Shown here: piece after piece, positions 12,401-31,800 of the stretch
Layout: the number at the start of each line of letters is the position of its first letter
How positions within the stretch are numbered: the first letter of the stretch is position 1
NCBI GenBank assembly: GCA_949358305.1
Contig: OX442314.1
Coordinates: forward strand, 13,764,001 to 13,828,000
DNA length: 64,000 nt
From: Strigamia acuminata
Taxonomy: Eukaryota
Direction: 5' to 3'
Notes under the pieces: generated by a model
Databases searched by the model: none
Told to the model about the DNA's origin: nothing
Seen by the model: the letters and a program-made list of their open reading frames with translations, nothing else
Translations under genes and position numbers: made by a program

Positions 12401-15400
12401 TTTGCTCTTATTATTCTTATTCAATTCTGGTGCATCCATGAAATGACGTAATCTATGGCTTTTTGCTTTAAACACTACTTGTACAGTATTTTGATGTTCC
12501 ATTCAATTTCAAATTGTTAAAAACCATTTTAAAAAAAATTGAACGTTTCCTGATGCTGGAAAATCATTGTTGATGACGTCACTTCCGTTTCATAAAAAAA
12601 GGTGTAGTTCTACGTCAAAAATGTGTCTGCTTGTAGAATACACAATACACAAACGTTGGTTTGTCCGGCCTCAGACCGAGGCCCCGCGCTTAGAGGGGCC
12701 TCGTACTTTCACCAAAAAGATTTTTTTGGGGGCCCCGCTAATAACAAAACACTCAGAAGTGAAACTTCACATCGTTAAAAGTACCGACTGAAAATCGAAA
12801 TTTTGTTATTTTATAATTTTGCATTTTGAACTATCAGCAAATATTTTCGCGTTCCAGCTTCACCGAGCACTTACAACGCCGATTTTATTCTCGATGACGT
12901 CATCATTGCTCATTATTGAATTTCGACTTAAGTCTCTTCTCACGTTTTCTCATAGTCATTCACCTCACTTTCCCCCCGAAAATTACAATAACAAAGCGTA
13001 CAACTAACAGAACGCTTCAAAACTTTTATACTTATTTATCTACAAATTATAAATTACAATAATAATGATAACCTCACATCATACAAGAGCAATTAATTTC
13101 CAGAACGGCATCAATATCAATGCTTTCAATTACAGCAGCTTCTTCTCACTCGTATTTGCTCTCGAGATGTTTCTCCAATCAATAAGCCATTCCCCACCAG
13201 TCGCCACCACCACCACCTCCATCCTTTAGACCACTATTTCCCTCTGGCGACCACACGTGAAACTAGCTTCATCTGATTTACATATGCGCCACATGCATTA
13301 TAACTTCTCATTTGCCTTCGACTAATTTCCTCTCTCTTCACCGCCTTTAGCAAGTTGCGAGTGCATCTTTTAATGAATATCGTAATGAACGCGAGACTCG
13401 AGTTACCTAAATTTACAACAGTCCCACACATACAATTTCATTTCATCATTTTCTCACGCAAAACACTCGCAGCCATTCAAATTAACATAACCCATCTCGC
13501 TGCAACCAGTTTGTCATCTATTTTTAAAATATTCCGTAAAGTTCAATAATTCCTATGACGAAACAACCAAATACGAGAAACATGCCCGCTTGATGCTTTT
13601 TTTATTCTCTTTCTTTTATTCTTTCTTCTCAACACAAATCTTGTACATAGCACACATTGCGCACAATATTGGAAAAATTCTCTCGTGCATTCTCATATAC
13701 AAGTGGAAGTCATAACCTCGTGATGTGCGCGCTCGAGTCGTGAGTGAGGCTTCCGTAAAAATGCGCGTGGGTGGAACGACGAGGTGAAAATGATTAGACG
13801 CGCATGCCGATCCATCCCGATCCATCTCTGCCAAAAAGTTAATTAAGTTGACTCCGAGTCCCATCCATCATTGAACGGACGTCTGACGTTGACCGACTGT
13901 TGAAGTGCGATCTAATCAATCCATCAAACATAAGGTACAACAACCGGCATTGTAGCATCGGCTCAACCCTTACGACATCCGCAAACATATCAATTACCCT
14001 CACCGTCGCCATTCAAAACAATTCTCTCAGTTTTATGCAATATGCTAATTTCTCTTTTATCATTTTCAAAGAAAAGGAAAATTTACAACTACATTTTTCT
14101 TATCTTTTTACACGTATTACGCTGCCACATGCTAGCTATCATTACTCCAACGCTGCAATTCAACCAGTTGCTTCATCTGCGTTTCCAACGTCCCTTTCTT
14201 TCCTTTTCTTTTTTATTTTTTTTAAAAAAAAAAATAATTCAATTCCCAACAAATTATTTTAAACATGAAAGCCATTAATTTGATTGGAACTTTTTATACA
14301 GTTAAAGGAAGATTTAGTGGATAGATTACAAAGCTAAGGCGATTAAAAGGTATACAATAAAAGTGCACGTTTTACAAATTGGAGGCGTCAGACAAGCTGA
14401 TAAGCCGTCTAAAACCCCGCCTTTAAATCCATGCAATTCGGCACTCTATACTTTATCTTCAATTGCCATCTAGCTGATGATTGCCAATCATCGAATTTTA
14501 TTTATTTATAATAAATTTATTTTAAAAATCTACTCCGTGCTGGCTTCTAGACACTATCAAATGTTCTTCCACTTTTTATTCATTGATCATTGAAAAAGGC
14601 TATTAAAAACATAATTTCGTAAAACTTAATTGCAATCTTTTGTAAGCAAACTAAAAGCAAAGCAGTGAATATTTAATTCGAGGCATCAGACAGCGACTAT
14701 GTCAATTTCTGAAAGACTAATTTCAAAAAGAAAATGCGTGCATCAAAATGACAAAGCCAAATGACAAAAAAATCTTCCTTAAAAAAATAAAAAAAAAAAG
14801 TAGATGAAATTGAAGTGCAGCGAACATAATCAAAATAGCAAAGTACTTTACAAAATCCCCCCTCCCCAGCTCCCTCTACTTTATATTAAAAAAAATACAC
14901 AATCATTACGAAAATAATTGCAATCTCGATCTAAATTAGGCCTACAAGAAAAACTTTCTTTTAAAAAAATTAATTTCACCCAAACATCGAAAACTCAATA
15001 AGAAAAAACTCATCGAGTAACCATTTTTTCTCCCACTAACTCAAAGCCACATTCGAACTTTTTGCGGGTTCTCCACTTAAGAGAGTAACAAAACCCTTTC
15101 AATTGCACGTGGGCCACACAAGACGAAATATTGTTCTAATTGGCATAAAAAACGTGTCTCATTTGAATACGAAAGCTTTCGCCCTCCGCTTTATCACGAG
15201 GTCCGATCAATGCAAAGCCATTAGGATAGGCACAGTGTGTGACAATGATGGGGAAGACGAGGAATAACTTTTGTTCATTTCTGGTTCATTCTCTAGCAAC
15301 CATAGTTGACGAATGTTATCTGCTTCCATCAGCACAGTGAAAGCCCCACACTGAGAGAAAAGTATATAAAAAAAGGTAGGCAAGCGAAAAGAAGAAGTGG

Positions 15401-15652
15401 ATTAAGGTTTCACCCCTCCCGATGATAAAAGAGAAAATATTAATGGACAGATGGTTTAAGTGTTGGCATTGAGTACTTTTTTCTTTGCTTAACTTCTTTT
15501 GATCGTTCCTCCCACGAGTGGCTTTAAGTTACAACGACCGCTATTACGTTCCACCAAATTTTATTAATTCAATGTTATCATTTCTGCATAATAAAAGTTT
15601 AAAAAATTAAGCGAATGCAATTTGAAACGATTAAATACGTCTCTGGAAAATA

Positions 15653-16085
15653 CCATATTTTCCAGAGTAAGAGCCGCGACTTTTATTCAAAACGGGCATC
15701 CTGAGCCGAGGCTCTTAATCGAGGGTGGCTCTTGTTACAATTGTTTATCATATTTTGATTGAGATTTCAATTTTTCCATTGAAATTTCACTTTTTTCCAT
15801 TGAAATTTCACTTTTTTCCATTGAAATTTCACTTTTTTCCATTGAAATTCCCATTTTTTGTATCGAAATTTTACTTTTTTCATTAAAATTTTATTTTTCT
15901 CAGTGAAATTTTATTTTTCTCAGTGAAATTTTATTTTTCTCAGTGAAATTTTAATTTTTTCCATTGAAATTTCACTTTAGGCTACTATTCGAGGGCGGCT
16001 CTTATTTCAAACCGCCTCTCTGAGGCGCGGCTACTATTCGAGGGCGGCTACAAAACGAGGGCGACTCTTAATCGAGAAAATACGA
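15653..16085. mobile_element. MITE with ~25-bp imperfect TIRs (Tc1/pogo-like ends) and internal 20-bp minisatellite
   Basis: Left CCATATTTTCCAGAGTAAGAGCCGC vs right GCGACTCTTAATCGAGAAAATACGA. Subterminal repeats GCTACTATTCGAGGGCGGCT. Tandem TTTTTTCCATTGAAATTTCAC-like units at ~15770-15980. Confidence 0.8.
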
Positions 16086-18944
16086 CACATCTTTTTACAA
16101 AGTTGAGTCCTGCTTACATTATTGTAGATGGATGATCCGAATTGTAGCAAAAAAACAAAAAAAAAACAATAAACCGTTCGTATTTGTCATTCCAAGCTCA
16201 TATCTGATCGCTGTGTATGATTAGAATGTTAACTCTCCTTTATCCGTTTATGGACTCGTAATATTGTTGTACAAGTAAACAAACAGTAAATTTCCACAAT
16301 AAACTAAAACCCAAACTTCTAGTCTTCTCCCATCATTAATTCAAGCATATTTTTTTTTCCTTATTTCATTTTCAATCTAAAATTTTCAGTTGCGTGAGTG
16401 AGGTGATGGGATTTTTAACGCATGTGCAGTATTAGTTTCGTGCGGTTCATTTTCTCCAATACAACAAACTGCAAAGAAGTGGTTGTTGACGTGTACACAC
16501 GACACATCAATAATGAATAATGTTGTTAAAGTAAAAGTTGGAACTTGGGGCCTTTTTCCTGTCAATGAAAGCCTGTCACTAAGGTAATTAGCAAGCAAGG
16601 GATAAAAATACCCTCCTACTCCCATTGTATTTTATCCACCCACCAGACTGAGAAATCTGTCAGAAACCCAGATGACGACTCACTTTAAACTCCCCATAGG
16701 CCATTGCTACCGAAAAAGACCGACACGTCATCCTAACTGAGGGTTTGCGCTTCTATTCAACGCAACTTATTAGTGTGTCACGTCAAGCTGATTTGCATAC
16801 ATCACTAAATCTCCCCACCCCCATGACCGATGCCGATAGAAGCTTTAACTCCCCACATCATCTTGGTTAATAGGTATGAAGTCTCCCCTATTCATCATCA
16901 AACGGGTCTAACGCAAGGCCTTATTACACACTGATTGACACTTTAATTCTAAATCAGTTACCGCCACACAAAGAAAGCGATTATAACCCCTTTTCGTGCT
17001 TCAAGTGTCAAGAAAGCATGAGTCAACCCGAAATCACTTAAGTGTTGATTTCTAGGACTCCTTCAAATGAAAGCAGTTTGAAAGGCATTCACGACATTTT
17101 AATTTCATGCATATACTTAAACACGTACTTGGTGAATGTGGTTCTTTAAGTGCTGGGTAGTGTTTTCGCTGGATGTCAACGATTTCAATTTACAAACTGG
17201 AAACGGAAATTAAAAAGCCATTAAAGCCCAAAACTTTACACAAATAATTTTGCATTAGTAGTTAATAATTTAAAAGTAATTTCAATTAATGAAATCACCA
17301 GAATTTTATCGCGTTAAATGAAAATAGGACATTCAAAATAACCTAATTGGACGTACTATCTTTCTAAAACCAATTTTACTGTTACAACACTGTACATCAC
17401 AAATTCACAAACTTTGTAAACATGATTTTCATTATTCCAAACTTTTAGACATTAGACGCTTTCATGAATTCGTTTCAACTTGTTTACATTTACATTTATA
17501 CTGGTGTAAAAAATGTAAACATGTTTAAATGACTTTAAGAATATGCCTAATTTTTAACTTGCAGTTGTTAATGTTTTGTTGTTTAAATGTTGTGTGCATG
17601 CCCACTGCGATGGAAAACAGACTAAATCGGCCGCCATCTTTCAGGTTATAGATTGAAATAAGCAGTTTTAAAAGCAGTTTCAATATGTTGTTTAGATTGC
17701 TTTTGAGTCTAAATTGCATTATGCATGCACCTACTGCGGTAGCTTTTTATTCATGTCCACATTTCAATATATATACAATATATATTTCGAACAGGGGCAT
17801 CATTACTCAATCATTAGCTCAATCTATGGAGCAAAAGTAAGTCTCTTTTCAGCATCTCTGCAATGCCAAATCCACTTTAAGCATTGATGCACTCACAACA
17901 AATTGGATTATTCCACACTTTTCGGATTGACCGTTAATACGCCAAAAATATTTAGTTTGCTAGTCTCTCTTATCCATGCATTTTTAAAGTCTTGTCACTG
18001 TCCCCACAGTGTCCAGTCTTATTTGCCCATTGGTGTATCATTGCTCGTATCAAAAACCATATTAGATTATTTTAGAATTGCATTTTGCACCTTTAAAAAA
18101 AGATGGCCTTACGGTTAATTTCAATAGAGATGAATGTTTTGTCTATTGATTTCACCTGCCTGGCATTCAATGTAAATTCTTACCCCATTAAATTCAATCA
18201 ATACTGTGCAAAATCTGTGCAGAGTCAATAGTTTCATCAATATTTGGGATTACTTCTTTACAAACTTGCTTTTTTTAAAAGAAACAAAAGAAGAAAAAAA
18301 AAATCCAATTAATATTTTTCGAGTCCAAATAAACCTATAAAACTGCAATTTATTTCCTTAGAGGTCAACACCACCCGGGAGTTAAAATCACTTTCAGCTG
18401 CCTCCTTTTTTAATTCTCTCTTCAAGCGTAATCCATCGTTGTAATTGAACAAACCATCCATCATTGGCCACCAGCCATAGGATAAAGGGCAGTTGACAGC
18501 TCGTGTTCATCGAAAAACGTTCAACGTTTGATGAACGAAAGAATAAATTATTTGCCAAAGAATAGAAATAAAAACAAAAACTCCAAATGTCAATTCGCGC
18601 ACATTTCGCAGCACATCAGTCGATTGCATGCCGTGACAACAACGGGGTATACGTGCGCACACTCCAATGTACACAACCCTTATTAAGTGGTCACCTTTCT
18701 GCTTTATAAGTCAATCATCCAATCGATACGGCTTAGAATAACAGCAGCCACAGAAAAAGAGAAAAAAAAAATAACGTGATGTATTAATAAACAGAAAAAG
18801 TTGGTGTCAACTATTTGACGCCTCCCGCATATAAATTTCATAAATTATAATCTTTTTCTGCTCTACTTTGATAAGAGAAATTTTTGATAACTTTATTACC
18901 ACAGGTGACAACTCCTCAACGATTTTTATTTCCTCATTTTATAG

Positions 18945-23671
<4,727 letters not shown>

Positions 23672-24796
23672 CCAACAAAAAAAAAATTGAATATTAATCA
23701 TATAAAAATAAAAATAAAAATTCTCCACATTAAAAAAAATAAATTAAATTAAACCAGAATTAAACTCATAAATAACCTCCGTATCGACCTTGCAACCCTT
23801 TCTTTCCGTCTTAGCAGCAGACAAGAATAAACATTGTATCAAAGCGCCGGTGTTATTCCCCAAGCAGAATAAGGCATTACGTGTATATATCTTTTTTTTC
23901 TATATTCTATAATGTAAATTAATTTTTCAACCTTGGAAAAATCCTTTTTTTTAATGTTTTGCGATCACACCACCTCGTAATGAATTTTAATGACACCACA
24001 CCAGAGGTTTGGAAAGAAGACTCGCCTCCGACGTGTGCAGTAAAGACCAATCAGCGGACAATTACGTTCACCGCTCGTTAATATGCATTGGCCGTTCCTT
24101 CGGGATGTCTACTCTTAATCACACACACAAACTTCCACGTACGTGACAAAGACGAATGCAGCGCCAGCTAAAGTTCCACCGGACCGTGTTTGAATATTGT
24201 GATATCTTTCGAGGTCCTCGTGGGCGCATTTTATCATTAAACTCGATATTTTTTCCGCTTAACCCGTCCCATTTAACCCCGAACAATTTTAAAATGTTTC
24301 TCCCTAATGACATTGTAAACAAGATTAGATCAATCAATTCCCTTCCCGAGCGGAAGTGCCTCTCCATCCATCATTTCAAGTGGACATCGGATGACCACAG
24401 CCAGATAAGAATCGTGCACCACCTCGATGCAGCCCTCTTTAATTAAGGTGTGTAAAATGACATAGTGAGCCTCGTCGGAGACTGATAAGGCCTCATTTTC
24501 TGATAACATGGCCCTGTGATAGTACAATGTCTGCCCAATATCATTAACTAACTCATATGTAGTTGATTTATTTTTTATTTTCACTTCTTTATGCATGAGG
24601 ACGAGTGAGAATGCCAGTCAAACACTTCCATTTCCAAGATTGCATTACTAAATGTTGTTGTACTGTGAAATACAGCAATAAATCCGTTTAAATCGACTTT
24701 TCAACCAAATTATACCGTCCAAGCCTTACAAAAAGGGTACTTGGCCCTCTAGTGGACAATTACGCCTTTACAAAAACCTAATTTAGGCTTAACTTA

Positions 24797-24964
24797 CTGT
24801 AAATACTCTTAACAAAACGCGGGATTCCATTAGTCTGAATTGAAAAACGACTAAATTCAATATCTAAATTAAATAAATGTCTAAATTTATCAAAAATGCT
24901 AAAAAAAATTGAGAGGAAAATCTGGATTTTGTAATTAGAACACCCATGTTCTACAAATTTACGG
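24797..24964. mobile_element. Short MITE, same family as 3496-3712
   Basis: TA-flanked ends CTGTAAAT / ATTTACGG. The left arm resembles the reverse complement of the 3680-3712 arm, and the right arm is shared with that copy. Confidence 0.6.
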
Positions 24965-25769
24965 TATGCATTAATGTCAATTTTGCAATAATTTGTATTT
25001 TTCTGATTTGTTTTTATCCGAGCCCTTGGGGTTGCGCAAAATTGAATCTAAACGACGCGATAGTGGAATAAATTTATTACGAGGTTAAATATTATCTGGC
25101 ATCATTACTACGCAAACAAGTCGTAACTCTCTAACCCTTTTGCAGTGACAAATAAAAAACGACTTTCCAACTTTGTTGTTTAAACACTGGATTTACACTG
25201 ATGACGCCATTTATTAAGGTAGAGTGGAACGACGTTTTAAATCAACTACTCCTCTCCTTATCTCTCTACCATAAATAACTATCTTCCTAATTATACCTTT
25301 AATCTTATGTGAAGTAAAAAAAAAAAAACTTTTTTTCTTGCATGAAAATTATCTATTGTTTTGTGCACGTAGGCCTGCTACATGGTGGCCCAAGTTTAAT
25401 TCTCGAGTGGATATCTGGTGTGGGCGGCAAGATGCTGACAGCACCCATCAGCTGTCAGCATTACAGGTGTTCTTTCTTCTCGGAGGGAGGAGTAGAACCA
25501 TAAAGGGAGAAAATCGTTACTTAATCACCTATTGCTTGCATCTATTAGGCGCGATGTTGATGATGATAGGGTCATGGCTCCGGGCTCGCGCATCTTGGGT
25601 GGGTTCGGCGGCTAAACTGAATCATATCCCCGAGGAGATAGGCAGCTCCGTGTACTTTCCTTGTAATTAAGGCGAAGCATTGTCGCGATGAAGACATCAT
25701 CAACTTATAGATTCGTGAACAGGTTTGGCAGGGGCATAGATCGGCAATCAAAAGCATCGGGTCACTCAC

Positions 25770-25860
25770 CTCAAACCCACGCGGACCCCACAGATAGAAC
25801 AGGCCTTCTCGTGCTGAATTACTCGCACGTGATGCGCATTCTTCGGCTTTTCAACCTAAT
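25770..25860 (-). other. Isolated candidate exon, probably non-coding
   Basis: Strong minus-strand acceptor TTTTTTTCTTGCAATAG and consensus donor GAG|GTGAGT, 91 nt apart. Confidence 0.4.
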
Positions 25861-28800
25861 CTATTGCAAGAAAAAAACAGAATGTTTATAGAAAATTTTT
25901 TTAAAAGGTAATTTTAAATTCTCGTGTATGAAAGTTTAATTAAAACTTCTATTTTGACAACAGTTCGCGAGGCTTTTGTGCGAGTGTAATTTGTACGCGA
26001 GTGTTAGAGCAAATCCAACGCGTCGCTTTTATTCTCTTTCAGTTACAAATTTAAGCTAGTGCATGAGACTGATCTACCTGGTGCACTCCTTTGCCTCTTG
26101 CAGGGAATGCAGATGACATTTTTGGTAGTTCCAAAGCGGCTGCATTGCACGCAAATGACCGATAAGTAACCTCGCTTGATATAGCCCTTGAGCCACTTTC
26201 CCTTTGGAATAGGGACTAACCACTCAAACAAAGGAAGACTTTTACAAAAAGGCACCAAAAAAAATTGTCTTGGGCCAAAAATATTCTCCGTTTGCAAAAC
26301 TTTGACATTTGATTGGAACATGGGATAGATTATTAACTATCTCATTTCCCCCCTTTGATTTAGGCTTATCCACATTACTACACGGTTTGCAAATTTATCC
26401 GTTTCGTTAGCGGCTTACGTTTTGTTCACTGATGAAGCTTGTTAGTTTAATCCTATAACGATTAAAAAAGTAATAGTTAAGTAAGATATTGCTTAAAATT
26501 GGACATAAACTTGAGTTTTTCATCACCTAAAAGTGCGCGGCAATAATACGTAAGAAACTTCCGGAAAAAACCAACAGCAGTAATGTTTTGAATTATCGCC
26601 ACTAGGGATATACGGCGCTCCTGTTCATTGACTTTTTAAGTGTATTTTTCTATTTTTTGCTGGATACGGTATCGGTAGATACTTTTAAAAATAATAAAAT
26701 TAAAAAAGAAGAAACAAACATTAACGTTGTACTTGTTTTAAAAAAAATACTACTGAAAGGATAGATTTCTCTAGTAATGGCACGTCCAAACAAAGTGCAG
26801 TGCGCTGTTTTTGCTGAAATCAACACTTTTCAACTCTTTTGCTCAATCGGTGACTTCACTTGAAATTCAATGTGTTACAAACAAAATTCAGCAGTCTTGA
26901 CTCAAAACTTAAAACGATTCCCACCCCTCTCAAATCCACACCTACTTCTCCAATATAAGATCAATCGATATGTACCACCTTGGGCTAGAATATGCTGATT
27001 TTCGTATTCAACTCGCCAAAAAAAAAAAAAAAAATGTTTCCACCACTTTTATGCAACTTTTACTAAGTTAAATCTTTCCGTAAGAGGAAGTAAGTAGGGA
27101 ATCAACTCAAAGCATCCGCTGCAGGGTCAGCAAAAGCGCCCTTTTATTCTGCTGAATCAGACAGAGCTGTCGGACAAGTTGCATCACACTCTGTGCTCTC
27201 ACTCCTTCTTATGTGGCAAAAACCGGACACAACTTCTTTGGCAAGACAAGGGTCCTTGAAGGTTTGGCCTGATGACATCAGCAATTTATTCGTCTATGTG
27301 GGTTCAATCACATCCACTTCTTCATCTTCCCGCCTTAGAGCTCACGTAGGCCAAGCGTTATCGCTCGACCCTACTCTGAATTTGTAATTTACCTACATAC
27401 CAAATAACAGAACAAAATGTTCAAAAAAATATATACCTGGACAGAGCAATCGACCGCCCTCTGGCGGTTGGGTCATGAACTAAAAGAACAACTACATTCC
27501 ATCATGAGCGAGCCCTTGGTCACGTCTCGAGAGGGGTATTCTTATCGTAACATAGGATGGCACAACTCAAGCTTCCAAAAGGCGCCTGTGGCCGCTGAAT
27601 AATAATTATCGGTTATTAATTGGTGGTGTCGTGAAGGATGCAACACTCGAGCCTCGTGTAGCCGCTTGGGGAAACAGAACACACGCACACGCCAACACAC
27701 ACACACACATAGAAAATCCCTAGTACAAAGTGTTTGGCAAAAAGCCTCGAGGAAAGAAATCCGAACGCTTTCAACTTGCAATGGATGGAATGGGATTCAA
27801 CTCCTCTTATCTCTTTTTTTTCTCCTTTTCTTTTAGTCCCTGTGTGTCCTTACATTGCCTTGTGAAAAAGCAATTTGCCGTTTTAAAACGCGGGCTATTC
27901 TTTTGGATTTCTCAATGAGTTCGTGTTCAAAAGTAAAGGCTTCGGCGTGAAAAATCGTTTCCAAAAAGAAATAAAATTCAAGGAAAGCATATTAAATTTC
28001 TGCGAAACAATTTTAAAAAGAGAAAAATAACCAAAGCTGTATACTCGTAAAAAAAAAACTTTAAATAGTTGTTTATTTTACTGCTAGATCGATGTTTTTT
28101 GCGTTGAAAAAAGCGATATTTTATATCGATTTTGTAGCAAAACAAAATCCATTAGCGACATGTTGTTTCGAAATTTGTTTTCGAGCGTATCCATTTGCTT
28201 TTAAGGTTGGAAATGACCCGAATGATGGACAAGCACATCTGCTTGGATGTCTATTGCAGTTTGAGGCAGAGGGCGCTGGACTCTTGACTGTTTTGATCCC
28301 AGAATGGACGCCCTCTGACGACACGAGACCGCGAGCTCATCCATCGCCTGAGCAGCCACCAACTGTCACTACCAAGTCCAATCTAACCACCCCTTTTCTA
28401 CAACCCCCTTCGCATTTAAAGTGCAGTGTGCGAGGCATTTTTTTTACCAATGAGCATCCACGTGCAGTTGTTAGGCCTGGCGATAAGCTCTGAGTATGCG
28501 TAGAAACCGAAATTAAGGGGTTTTCCCTGAATAAAATTTAATCTCGTTCTCGTTTCCCAACTGCTTTCAAGCTCTTGTCTCTGCTTCGCTGAAAAATCGC
28601 GTCGTATTGATTTGTGAGAATTGGATCTACGAGATTCACTTGGATAATTCTGAATATCTAATAAGAATTATTGGTTTCTGGACCCAGTTGAAGAAAGGTT
28701 ACGGTAACAAATAGACCACTTGTTACTACCAGCAGTCTCCGATGTCTGATGGATCAATCGAAAGACCTATTTAGGTATTCTAGATAGTACTGGATAGTTA

Positions 28801-31800
28801 TTCCGACGCATTCGACTGTTTCTAACAGTGCAATTTCTAGAGAAATTTCCAGTATTATTTTGAGTTTTGATTTTTTTTTTTGTCATTTTGGATTGTCAAC
28901 ATTCCTTCACATTTAATAAATTCAACTTAACTTAACCTACATTGATTTGTGTTTGAATAAAGATCTGTTCTAGAATTCTCTCTGCAAGAGAAGAAAATGA
29001 GGAGTCATAATCAACTAGTTTGTAAGAAGCTTTAGAAGCTATAAGGTCCAGGGCCAATGGGGGCGAGACTAGAAGGAGCAAGAAAAAAGGCACATCTGTA
29101 TCAGTAGAAATCCAAGTCTTTTACTGAGCAAAACAATACAATTTCATAAACAAAGAAATCCTTGCATAATAGCAAGGACTTAAAGTCTAACATCATCGCA
29201 TTACTGGAAACAATAGCACGTGCCAAAAGGATTAAATTAGCACAAAAACATCAAGAAGAAAAGAATGAATAAATATAAACACTTAAACTAGCACTAATCA
29301 CAAGGTAAGTCTTTCACTGAGCTCTAAACATATTAAATTAATCCTTTTTTTTACTCTGTGTGGCATTCAACTGCGATCAGTAGAACCCAGGATCGCCATT
29401 CTGCTTATTAATAACTCTACTTTTTAGGTAAAATTCCTGAAACGCAGCAGCTGTGCTTTCTCAAAACGGTGATGAACAAGGGAGGCTGCGTCGAGCGGAT
29501 TACACTGCACGTTCCCTCACTAAGAAGCTTAGAATCACTCCCCTTCACCATATGGAACAATGCCAAGAAGTGGGTGGAACGAGTGACGTCATTTGTGGTC
29601 GGTCGGCCTGCAGATTATTTTCAATAATCAGCATGCCCCAAGAGCGCGAGAACGACTCATTTTCAGCCGACAATTGCTCCCAATGACTGGGTATTGGGAC
29701 GCCGCCAATGGCATGGCCCAAGAGCAAATGGGGTCTCGATTGTCGCGCGCTTCAAATCACGACCCGACCCTTCCAAACATCCCCTCGTTGCATTAAAGGG
29801 AAAAGCAACTCAACCAACTGCTTCGCTTCGCTGAACATCATTTCTCGATTGAAACTTTTGGTTTCAGGTTCTCTTCTCTTCCCTTTGCGCAAAACGAATT
29901 TGAAATGTTGACGAATTAAAGAAATTCACGCAGAAAGAAGAATAAGTTATTCTGCTGGCACAAAGTCATATTTTGATCGTTATTATCTTCTTCACGTATT
30001 AAATTTTTATGTCTCATTGCAGGAAATTGGAAAGAAGGGAAGACGATAAAAGGTCAATGTGCGTGTGAAAAATGAAAAAGCAAAGCAAAAGCGTCTCGAG
30101 TGCCAATGATAAATGAGTGCGACTTACTGTCTATCGGTGCATGCGTTAATACTTTGCAGCAGGCTATTTAGACAATATCCCCAAGAGGCACGGAAAAGAG
30201 ACTTTACAACTAAAACCCCTTTCTTTTATTTCTCTTTTCTAGTGGCCGTGAAAGAGACGATTAAAATGAATCGCTTCGCTGTCTGCTTCGATTTGGAGAG
30301 AAAAGAATGGATTCCCCACACGCGTTTGCCATCCGTTTCCATTCAAACTTTCTTTAGTAACATCGACACAAACTCAGTCAATTAAGACTCTAAAGAATCA
30401 TCCGCGAGCTAAATCAATCTTCTTCCAGACCCCCGAAGAATAGAATGTAAAAGAGAGAGAAAAAAGTTAATTTTCTAAAACGATTTTCACCACCACAAGG
30501 CAAAACATGTCAAAAGCTCCGCACAGCGGGCGAACTTCACTGCAAGATACCATGCGCATTTTGCTTTTGCAGCAATGCCAAATAAAAGTTGAAACTATTA
30601 AGCTCTTTTATGGCGCGGCGTCTCAATGTCTAGATTCCATCTGCACCCACACGGGTGTCCCTTATGACCACGCCTACGGTCGATGACTCTCTCCATCTCT
30701 CTCAAACGAAAACTAAGTTGATTAATTTTGGGTATAACATCTGTCATAAAGATGCAATCAGTGTCAACTGATTTCATTACATCTGATACGTCTTAGAAGT
30801 TTAATTTAGGGAAGACGTAGACGATTTTTACACCTTGCTTTCTCCTCCTGGTGGTGAGATGGCAATTAAAACGGCTACGATGTAATTTCGAGGCAAATAC
30901 AATATAAAGAGCCTCCTTTTTCTTGTAAGACAGTTTCGCTATTGCTTCGATTGAAGCTGCTAGCTGTACCCATAATTAAAACTCGACCCGAGCACCTGTA
31001 AAGTTTACTATTAGACATCACGCAGTACGCCTGACAGCCACAACTGTAAACTAAGGCGCAAACCTTCCCTCTTGAATCAACAAAACACTACTGTAATTAA
31101 AAAGGTGAAAAGAAGAAAGGAAAGACGAAGAAGTTGCTAATTAATTAAATGTCGCAATCACGTATTCTGCACTCCACTTGTCGTGTTTTGTTTCGTGAAT
31201 AAAAGTTGTTTCTATACAAACTCGCAAGCTCCACAACACACGTGTTGCCAAAACTTTTATTACCTTTAGAGTATGTTTGAAAAAGTTATCTTTTCATCAT
31301 TTACTGTATCCTTTATAGACTTTGCTAAGTGAACTTGTGAACCTCCTCCTCTTCCTTCATGCCGTGTTGACGTGCACGCCGGATATCGTGACCGATCACG
31401 ACCTATTGAAAGCTTCAAAACGGTAAATGCGGTTAATTTCAAGACCAGAGTTTGCTTTTGGCGAGGCATGTTGAGGGTTAATGACAGCAGTGTAGACACC
31501 GAACACTCCTAATTACGACGCAATCGGCACCAGTCTCGATCTATACTTCGATTGACACATTGCACGAGCACACATACGCACACACACACACTCACACTGG
31601 GTACTATCTGTATAATTAATGCCCACCGAACACAAGACTCGTAAAGACTCAATTAGACTGCTACCTCGTTGCAACGTTTCAGATCAAACTTCCCAAATCT
31701 ATACTTATACCAGAGTCGATAATTCTATTAATTGGCTTTCAAACTGCAGCTGTAGCAAGCGAAATATATATTTGTAATGTCGAAACCGACTTTGTTTCAA

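Noticed and set aside
24270..24332. TGA followed by a short open stretch, considered as selenocysteine read-through
   Set aside because: No selenoprotein homology, redox motif or recognisable SECIS.
24472..24493. CGGAGACTGATAAGGC, resembling part of miR-184
   Set aside because: The seed does not match and no hairpin partner is evident.
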